The notes beneath the pieces are model-generated. The model made no database searches. It had not been told where the DNA came from and saw only the letters and a list, made by a program, of their open reading frames with translations. Shown here piece by piece: positions 46,727-55,859 of a DNA stretch of 64,000 nt (positions within the stretch are counted from its first letter, which is position 1; every line of letters starts with the position of its first letter). This DNA is from Heterodontus francisci (lineage: Eukaryota), in assembly GCF_036365525.1 (NCBI RefSeq), contig NC_090399.1, positions 8,493,558-8,557,557 of the forward strand, read 5' to 3'. The translations under genes were made by a program, and so were the position numbers.

Positions 46727-49700
46727 CAAACTCCACCCAGAGTCACAGGGGAGGGGCTGGTTAAAGTCACACTCCACCCAGAGTCACATAGGGGAGGGGC
46801 TGGTTAAAGTCACACGCCATCCAGAGTCACAGGGGAGGGGCTGGTTAAAGTCACACTCCACCCAGAGTCACATAGGGGAGGGGCTGGTTAAAGTCACACG
46901 CCATCCAGAGTCACAAGGGAGGGGCTGATTAAAGTCACACTCCACCCAGAGTTACAGGGGAGCGGCTGGTTAAAGTCACACTCCATCCAGAGTCAAAGGG
47001 GAGCGGCTGGTTAAAGTCACACTCCACCCAGAGTCACATAGGGGAGGGGCTGGTTAAGGTCACACTCCACCCAGAGTTACAGGGGAACTGCTGGTTAAAG
47101 TCACACTCCACCCAGAGTAACAAGGGAGGGGCTGGTTAAGGTCACACTCCACCTGGAGTCACATAGGGGAGGGCTGGTTAATGTCACACTCCACCCAGAG
47201 TTACAGGGGGAGGGCTGGTTAAAGTCACACTCCACCCAGAGTCACAGGGGAAGGGCTGGTTAAAGTCACACTCCACCCAGAGTCACAGGGGCAGGGCTGG
47301 TTAAAGTCACACTCCACCCAGAGTCACAGGGGCAGGGCTGGTTAAAGTCACACTCCACCCAGAGTCACAAAGGGGAGGGGCTGGTGAAAGTCACACTCCA
47401 CCCAGAGTCACAAAGGGGAGGGGCTGGTTAAGGTCACACTCCACCCAAAGTTACAGGGGGAGGGCTGGTTAAAGTCACACTCCATCCAGAGTAACAAGGG
47501 AGGGGCTGGTTTAAGTCACACTCCATCCAGAGTAACAAGGGAGGGGCTGGTTAAAGTCACACTCCACCCAGAGTCACAGGGGCAGGGCTGGTTAAAGTCA
47601 CACTCCACCCAGAGTCACAAAGGGGAGGGGCTGGTTAAAGTCACACTCCACCCAGAGTCACAAAGGGGAGGGGCTGGTTAAGGTCACACTCCACCCAGAG
47701 TTACAGGGGGAGGGCTGGTTAAAGTCACACTCCATCCAGAGTAACAAGGGAGGGGCTGGTTTAAGTCACACTCCACCTAGAGTCACATAGGGGAGGGGCT
47801 GGTTAAGGTCACACTCCATCGAGAGTTACAGGGGGAGGGCTGGTTAAGGTCACACTCCACCCAGAGTTACAGGGGGAGGGGCTGGTTAAAGTCACACCCC
47901 ATCCATAGTTACAGGGGAGAGGCTGGTTAAGGTCATACTCCAACCAGACTCACAGGGGAGCAGCTGGTTAAAGTCACACTCCACCCAGAGTCACATAGGG
48001 GAGGGGCTGGTTAAGGTCACACTCCATCGAGAGTTACAGGGGGAGGGCTGGTTAAGGTCACACTCCACCCAGAGTTACAGGGGGAGGGCTGGTTAAAGTC
48101 ACACTCCACCCAGAGTCACAAGGGAGGGGCTGGTTAAAGTCACACTCCACCCAGAGTCACAGGGGCAGAGCTGGTTAAAGTCACACTCCACCCAGAGTCA
48201 CAAAGGGGAGGGGCTGGTTAAAGTCACACTCCATCCAGAGTAACAAGGGAGGGGCTGGTTTAAGTCACACTCCACCTAGAGTCACATAGGGGAGGGGCTG
48301 GTTAAAGTCACACCCCATCCATAGTTACAGGGGAGGGGCTGGTTAAGGTCATACTCCAACCAGATTCACAGGGGAGCGGCTGGTTAAAGTCACACTCCAG
48401 CCAGAGTCACATAGGGGAGGGGCTGGTTAAAGTCACACCTCATCCACAGTTACAGGGGAGGTGCTGGTTAAAGTCACACTCCAACCAGATTCACAGGGGA
48501 GCGGCTGGTTAAAGTCACACTCCAGCCAGAGTCACATAGGGGAGGGGCTGGTTATGGTCACACTCCATCGAGAGTTACAGGGGGAGGGGCTGGTTTAAGT
48601 CACACTCCACCTAGAGTCACATAGAGGAGGGGCTGGTTAAAGTCACACCTCATCCACAGTTACAGGGGAGGTGCTGGTTAAAGTCACACTCCACCCAGAG
48701 TCACAAGAAGTGAGGAAGGGGCTGGTTAAAGTCACACTCCACCCAGAGTCACAGGGGGAGGGGCTGGTTAAAGTCACACTCCACCCAGAGTCTCAGGGGG
48801 AGGGGCTGATAAAGTCACACTCCACCCAGAGTCACAGGGGGAGGTGCTGGTTAAAGTCACACTCCACCCAGAGTCTCAGGGGGAGGGGCTGATAAAGTCA
48901 CACTCCACCCAGAGTCACAGGGGGAGGGGCTGGTTAAAGTCACACTCCACCCAGAGTCTCAGGGGGAGGGGCTGATAAAGTCACACTCCAGCCTGAGTCA
49001 CAGGGGGAGGGGCTGGTTAAAGTCACACTCCAGCCAGAGTCACAGGGGGAGGTGCTGGTTAAAGTCACACTCCACCCAGAGTCACAAGGGGAAGTGCTGG
49101 TTAAAGTCACACTCCAGCCTGAGTCACAGGGGAAGGTGCTGGTTAAAGTCACACTCCAGCCAGAGTCACAGGGGGAGGTGCTGGTTAAAGTCACACTCCA
49201 CCCAGAGTCACAGGGGGAAGTGCTGGTTAAAGTCACACTCCACCCAGAGTCACAAGAAGTTGGGAAGGGGCTGGTTAAAGTCACACTCCACCCAGAGTCA
49301 CAAGAAGTGAGGAAGGGGCTGGTTAAAGTCACACTCCACCCAGAGTCACAGGGGGAGGGGCTGGTTAAAGTCACACTCCACCCAGAGTCTCAGGGGGAGG
49401 GGCTGATAAAGTCACACTCCACCCAGAGTCACAGGGGGAGGGGCTGGTTAAAGTCACACTCCAGCCAGAGTCACAGGGGGAGGTGCTGGTTAAAGTCACA
49501 CTCCACCCAGAGTCACAAGGGGAAGTGCTGGTTAAAGTCACACTCCAGCCTGAGTCACAGGGGAAGGTGCTGGTTAAAGTCACACTCCACCCAGAGTCAC
49601 AGGGGGAGGTGCTGGTTAAAGTCACACTCCACCCAGAGTCACAGGGGGAAGTGCTGGTTAAAGTCACACTCCAGCCAGAGTCACAGGGGGAGGTGCTGGT

Positions 49701-50393
49701 TAAAGTCACACTCCACCCAGAGTCACAGGGGGAAGTGCTGGTTAAAGTCACACTCCAGCCAGAGTCACAAGGGGAGGTGCTGGTTAAAGTCACACTCCAC
49801 CCAGAATCACAGGGGGAGGGGCTGGTTAAAGTCACACTCCACCCAGAGTCACAGGGGGAGGTGCTGGTTAAAGTCACACTCCACCCAGAGTCACAAGAAG
49901 TGAGGAAGGGGCTGGTTAAAGTCACACTCCACCCAGAATCACAGGGGGAGGGGCTGGTTAAAGTCACACTCCACCCAGAGTCACAGGGGGAGGTGCTGGT
50001 TAAAGTCACACTCCACCCAGAGTCACAAGAAGTGAGGAAGGGGCTGGTTAAAGTCACACTCCACCCAGAATCACAGGGGGAGGGGCTGGTTAAAGTCACA
50101 CTCCACCCAGAGTCACAGGGGGAGGTGCTGGTTGAAGTCACACTCCACCCAGAGTCACAAGGGGAAGTGCTGGTTAAAGTCACAGTCCAGCCTGAGTCAC
50201 AGGGGAAGGTGCTGGTTAAAGTCACACTCCACCCAGAGTCACAGGGGGAGGTGCTGGTTAAAGTCACACTCCATCCAGAGTCACAGGGGGAGGGGCTGGT
50301 TAAAGTCATACTCCATTCTGAGTCACAGGGGGTGGTGCTGCTTAAAGTCACACTCCACCTAGAGTCACAGAGTGAAGGGTGGTTGACGTGTCA
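46727..50393. repeat. ~42-bp minisatellite, about 85 units (CTGGTTAAAGTCACACTCCACCCAGAGTCACAGGGGGAGGKG)
   Basis: Tandem units of 41-45 bp read directly; lies in a gene 1 intron. Confidence 0.97.
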
Positions 50394-52541
50394 AAGAACA
50401 AAGAACAGTGCAGCACAGGAACAGGCCAGTCGGCCCACCAAGCCTGCGCCGATCTTGATGCCTGTCTAAACTAAAACCTTCCGCACTTCCGGGGACCGTA
50501 TCGCTCTATTCCTATCCTAGTCATGCATTTGTCAAGATGCCTCTTAAACGTCACTATTCAGCCACCTCCCCCGGCAGCAAGTTCCAGGCACTCACCTCTA
50601 TGTAAAGAACTTGCCTCGCACATCCCCTCTAAATTTTGCCCCTCTCACCGTAAACCTATGTCCCCTGGTAACTGACTCTTCCACCCTGGGAAAAAGCTTC
50701 TGACTATCCACTCTGTCCATGCCACTCGTAACTTTGTAAACCTCTATCATGTCGCCCCTCCACCTCCGTCATTCCAGTGAAAACAATCTGAGTTTTTCCA
50801 ACCTCTCCTCATAGCTAATGCCCTCCAGACCAGGCAATATCCGGGTAAACCTCCTCTGTACCCTCTCCAAAGCCTCCACATCCTTCTGGTATTGTGGCGA
50901 CCAGAATTTCACGCAATATTCTAAGTGCGGCCCAACTAATGTTCTGTACAGCTGCAGCATGACTTGCCAATTTTTATACTCTATGCCCCGACCGAAGAAG
51001 GCAAGCATGCCGTATGCCTTCTTGACTACCTTATCCACCTGCGTTGCCACTTTCAGTGACCTGTGGACCTGTACCCCCAGAACTCTCTGCCTGTCAATAC
51101 TCCTAAGGGTTCTGCCATTTACTGTATACTTCCCACCTGCATTAGACCTTCCAAAATGCAATAACTCACATTTGTCCAGATTAAACTCCATCTGCCATTT
51201 CTCCGCCCAAGTCTCCAACCGATCTATGTCCTGCTGTATCCTCTGACAATCCTTTTCATCATCCGCAACTCCACCAACTTTTGTGTCGTCCGTAAACTTA
51301 CTAATCAGACCAGCTACATTTTCCTCCAAATCATTTATATAGAATGCAAACAGCAAAGGTCCCATCACTGATCCCTGTGGAACACCACTAGTCACATCCC
51401 TCCATTCAGAAAAACACCCTTCCACTGCTACCCTCTGTCTTCTATGACCGAGCCAAATCTGTATCCATCTTGCCAGCTCTGATCCCGTGTGACTTCACCT
51501 TTTGTACCAGTCTGCCATGAGGGACCTTGTCAAAGGCTTTACTGAAGTCTATATAGATAACATCCACTGCCCTTCCCTCATCAATCATCTTCGTCACTTC
51601 CTCAAAAAACTCAATCAAGTTAGTGAGACACGACCTCCCCTTCACAAAACCATGCTGCCTCTCACTAATAAGTTCATTTGTTTCCAAATGGGAGTAAATT
51701 TTGTCCCGAAGAATCCTCTATAATAATTTTCCTACCACTGACGTAAAGCTCACTGGCCTATAATTTCCTGAATTATCCTTGCTACCCTTCTTAAACAAAG
51801 GAACCACATTGCCTATTCTCCAGTCCTCTGGGACCTCACCTGTAGCCAATGAGGAGTTAAAGATTTCTGTCAAGGCCCCAGAAATTTCTTCCCTTGCCTC
51901 CCTCAGTATTCCGGGGTAGATCCCATCAGGCCCTGGGGACTTATCTACCTTAATGCTTTGCAAGATGCCCAACACCTCTTTTTTGATAACGACATGACCC
52001 AAACTATCTACACTCCCTTCCCTGGACTCATCATCCACCAAGTCCTTCTCTTTGGTGAATACTGATGCAAAGTACTCATATAGTACCTCGTCCATTTCCT
52101 CTGACTCCACACATAGATTCCCTTCTCTGTCCTTGAGTGGGCCAACCCTTTCCCTGGCTACCCTCTTGCTCTTTATATAGGTATAAAAAGCCTGTTTGCC
52201 AATGACTTTTCATGACCCCTTTTAGTCCTCCTAATTCCTTGCTTAAGTTCCTTCCTACTTCCTTTATATTCCTCAAGGGTTTCGTCTGTTCCCAGCCTTC
52301 TAGCCCTTACGAATGCTTCCTTTTTCTTTTTGACTAGGCTCACAATATCCCTCGTTATCCAAGGTTCCCGAAACTTGCCAAACCTATCCTTCTTCCTCAC
52401 AGGAACATGCTGGTCCTGGATTCTAATCAACTGACGTTTGAAAGACTCCCACATGTTAGATGTTGATTTACCCTCAAACAGCCGCCCCCAATCTAAATTC
52501 TTCAGTTCCTGCCTAATATTGTTATCATTAGCCTTCCCCTC
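50394..52541 (-). mobile_element. 5'-truncated CR1 LINE inserted in the minisatellite
   Basis: TSD TGTCA (50389-50393 / 52542-52546); broken RT ORFs at 50769-52562. Confidence 0.95.
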
Positions 52542-53170
52542 TGTCACTCCACACAGTGTCACAGAGTGAAGGGTGGTTGAAGTGTCACAGAGTGAAGTGT
52601 GGCTGAAGTGTCACTCCACACGGTGTCACAGAGTGAAGGGTGGTTGAAGTGTCACTCCACACAGTGTCACAGAGTGAAGGGTGGTTGAAGTGTCACTCCA
52701 CACAGTGTCACAGAGTGAAGGGTGGTTGAAGTGTCACTCCACACAGTGTCACAGAGTGAAGGGTGGTTGAAGTGTCACAGAGTGAAGGGTGGTTGAAGTG
52801 TCACTCCACACAGTGTCACAGAGTGAAGGGTGGTTGAAGTGTCACTCCACACAGTGTCACAGAGTGAAGGGTGATTGAAGTGTCACTCCACATAGTGTCA
52901 CAGAGTGAAGGGTGGTTGAAGTGTCACAGAGTGAAGTATGGCTGAAGTGTCACTCCACACAGTGTCACAGAGTGAAGGGTGGTTGAAGTGTCACAGAGTG
53001 AAGTATGGCTGAAGTGTCACTCCACACAGTGTCACAGAGTGAAGGGTGGTTGAAGTGTCACTCCACACAGTGTCACAGAGTGAAGGGTGGTTGAAGTGTC
53101 ACTCCACACAGTGTCACAGAGTGAAGGGTGGTTGAAGTGTCACAGAGTGAAGGGTGGGTGAAGTGTCACT
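52542..53170. repeat. 41-bp minisatellite (TGTCACTCCACACAGTGTCACAGAGTGAAGGGTGGTTGAAG) with 26-bp deletion variants
   Basis: Tandem units, related to the 42-mer array. Confidence 0.95.
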
Positions 53171-53404
53171 TCTTTTGTATTCTAATTGGTCTTTATGAGA
53201 ATACAAATAATCCAAAGTACAAATGAGGACATTAGGAGCTCAAAATATAATTAAATACCGTTTAGTCTATGTTTATTTCCAATAGCAGCTTGTAGGAAAT
53301 GTGTCATGAAAGCAGTTGAGCAGCAAGGAAGGAATTGGACAGTTAGTAAAACAGTCGACGCTGTACATTTATTTAGGTTGTGTTTGATCAGTACAAGTTG
53401 GGTC

Positions 53405-54005
53405 AGGCAAAGGGCTGGTGGAGGGACGGGACTGGTGGTGGGGGAGGGACTGGTGATGGTGGACAGGGGCTGGTGATGGGGGAAGGGCTGGTGGTAGTTG
53501 ACAGGGGCTGGTGAGGTGGGGGGCTGGTGGTAGTGGAGGGGGTTGGTGTTGGGGGCGTGCAGGTGGTGGAGAGGGGCTGGTGGCAGTGGAGAGGGGCTGG
53601 TGGCAGTAGAGAGGGGCTGGTGGCAGTAGAGAGGGGCTGGTGAGGGGGGAGGGGCTGGTAATGGGGAGGGGCTGGTAATGGGGAGGGGCTGGTAATGGGG
53701 AGGGGCTGGTAATGGGGAGGGGCTGGTGGTGGGGGAGGGAGATTGCAGTGGAGATGGGCTGGTGGTCGTGGAGAGGGGCTGCTGGCAGTGGGGAGGGGCT
53801 GCTGGTAGTGGGGAGGGGCTGGAGGTAGTGAGGAGGGGCTGGAGGTAGTGGGGAGGGGCTGGTAATGGGGAGGGAGATGGTAGTGGAGAGGGGCTGGTGG
53901 TAGTGGGGAGGGGCTGGTGGTAGTGGAGAGGGGCTGGTGGTAGTGGGGAGGGGTTGGTGATGGTGGGGGCGGCGATGGGATGGTGGCATGGGGGAGGGGC
54001 CAGTG
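53405..54005. repeat. G-rich 18-21-bp degenerate minisatellite (GGTGGTAGTGGGGAGGGGCT)
   Basis: Tandem GGGGAGGGGCTGG units. Confidence 0.9.
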
Positions 54006-54074
54006 ATGGATGTTTACAGTTGAGGAGTGTCAGAAAAATGGAGATTGAACAAAATTATTTTGCAGTCCTCACTA

Positions 54075-54488
54075 ATCTGTTGGCAATGCCTCAAATTATA
54101 AAATTCTCATCCTTGTATTTGAATCTCTCCATGGCTTCCCTATCCCTGTAACCTGCTCCAGTCTTAGAACCCTCAGAGATGTCCGCACTCTTCCATTTCT
54201 GGCCTCTCGTGTATCCCTGATCTTCACCGCTCCATTACTGGCGGCTGTGCCATCAGCTGCCATGGCCCTAAGCGATGGAATACCTTCCTGGAACCTCTCC
54301 ACCTCTCTATGTCTCTGTCCTCCTTTATCATGTTGCTCAGAACCAATCTCTATGAGCAAGCTATTGGTCACCTGTCCTAATGTCTCGATATGTGGCTTAA
54401 TGTCAATTTCTCTCAATAATGCTTCTGTGAAGTGCTTATTGTCACTTTATTATGCTAAAGGCACTGACTTTTCAAGTGCAAATTGTTG
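54075..54488 (+). mobile_element. L2 LINE 3' fragment
   Basis: KILILVFESLHG-like motif and an L2-type tail (CTGTGAAGTGCTT...AAAGGCACT...GCAAATTGTTG). Confidence 0.7.
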
Positions 54489-54517
54489 ATGGTTTGCATT
54501 GCAGATTCTATACTTAC

Positions 54518-54544
54518 CATAATCAATATCCTGATTGTCATAAC
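54518..54544 (-). CDS. 27-nt phase-1 micro-exon of gene 1 ([G]YDNQDIDY)
   Basis: tttgcAG|GTTATGACAATCAGGATATTGATTATG|GTaagt; consensus splice sites; joins in frame to the B30.2 exon. Confidence 0.8.
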
Positions 54545-54731
54545 CTGCAAATATAACAACAACAACATTTTGATACATTGCATTTCTCATTGACAGCCAA
54601 ATAAAATTGCGGAGCGGACTTACAGCTGAGCGGTCAATTTCAGTAAGTTACAAGTTAATCCCCTTTTGTTTCGGAGGACCAGGGGACTGCTGGGTAAGGG
54701 AAAACTATTTATTTGGGCAGTGGCAGTACCC

Positions 54732-54755
54732 GAGACACTACACGTGTAGTGTCTC
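54732..54755. promoter_or_regulatory. Perfect 24-bp palindrome centred on an E-box in the CR1 5' UTR
   Basis: GAGACACTACAC|GTGTAGTGTCTC with CACGTG at 54741-54746. The palindrome is certain; function is inferred. Confidence 0.5.
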
Positions 54756-54921
54756 CCACCCACCCTCCTCCTCGAACCAAAAAAAAAGGACTCTGGTGTG
54801 TTGATAAGGTAAGCTTTTTATTTAAAAAGTTCAGTCCGTCGGATTGCTAAGCGAACAAGTTTTGACTTTTTTTTTTCGTTTGGTTTTTCAGTAGATTTGT
54901 TGGGAATCTAGAATAGTGGGA

Positions 54922-55859
54922 ATGGAGGTAAAGGCAGTTGTATGTTCCTCCTGCAGAATGTGGGAGGTAGGGGTCGCCAAGAGTGTCCCTGCTGACTGCA
55001 TCTGCGGGAAGTGCACCCAACTCCAGCTCCTCGCAGACCGCGTTAGGGAACTGGAGCTGGAGCTGGATGAACTTCGGATCATTCGGGAGGCGGAGGGGAT
55101 TATTGACAGGAGTTATAGGGAGGCAGTCACACCTCAGGTAAAAGAAGTAGGTAGATGGGTTACCGTCAGGGGAAGGAAAGGGAACCAGCAGGCAGTGCAG
55201 GGATCCCCTGTGGCCGTTTCCCTCAACAACAGGTATACCGTTTTGGATACTGTTGGGGGGGGACAACTTACCAGGGGTAAGCAATGGGGTGCAGGTCTCT
55301 GGCACAGAGTCTGTCCCTGTTGCTCAGAAGGGAAAGGGGAAGAGGAGCAGAGCATTAGTCATTGGGGACTCCATAGTTAGGGGAACAGATAGGAGGTTCT
55401 GTGGGAACAAGAGAGACTCACGGTTGGTGTGTTGCCTCCCAGGTGCCAGGGTACGTGATGTCTCTGATCGTGTTTTTGGGATCCTTAAGGGGGAGGGGGA
55501 GCACCCCCAAGTCGTGGTCCACATAGGCACCAACGACATAGGTAGGAAGAGAGATGGGGATTTAAGGCAGAAATTCAGGGAGCTAGGGTGGAAGCTTAGA
55601 GCGAGAACAACCAGAGTTGTTATCTCTGGGTTGTTGCCCGTGCCACGTGCTAGCGAAGAGAGGAATAGGGAGAGAGAGGAGTTGAATACGTGGCTGCAGG
55701 GATGGTGTAGGAGGGAGGGTTTTGGTTTCCTGGATAATTGGGGCTCTTTCTGGGGTAGGTGGGACCTCTACAAACAGGATGGTCTTCACCTGAACCAGAG
55801 GGGTACCAATATCCTGGGGGGGGAGATTTGTTAGTGCTCTTCGGGGGGGTTTAAACTAA
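54922..55859 (+). pseudogene. CR1 ORF1 (CxxC-CxxC, coiled coil, SGNH esterase) with two +1 shifts in G8 runs
   Basis: MEVKAVVCSSC..CICGKC..LELELDEL; VIGDSIVR, HIGTND, DGLHLN. Removing one G at each of 55255-55262 and 55816-55823 gives a continuous ORF ending GGLN-stop at 55859. Confidence 0.88.

Noticed and set aside
48671-50469. ORFs LVKVTLHPESQGE / TSTSPCDSGWSVTL resembling mucin or thrombospondin repeats
   Set aside because: Produced by the 42-bp minisatellite; frequent 41/43-bp units break the frame, and the array is intronic.
46727-53170. CRISPR-like periodic repeats
   Set aside because: No unique spacers, no cas genes, vertebrate context.
53259-53288. 30-nt phase-1 candidate micro-exon (AAIGNKHRLN)
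   Set aside because: Weak donor (GTATTT) and not needed for the reading frame; cannot be supported without transcripts.
54750-54805. HDV-like ribozyme suggested by CCTCCTCG in the CR1 5' UTR
   Set aside because: I could not assemble the P1/P2/P3 nested double pseudoknot around it.
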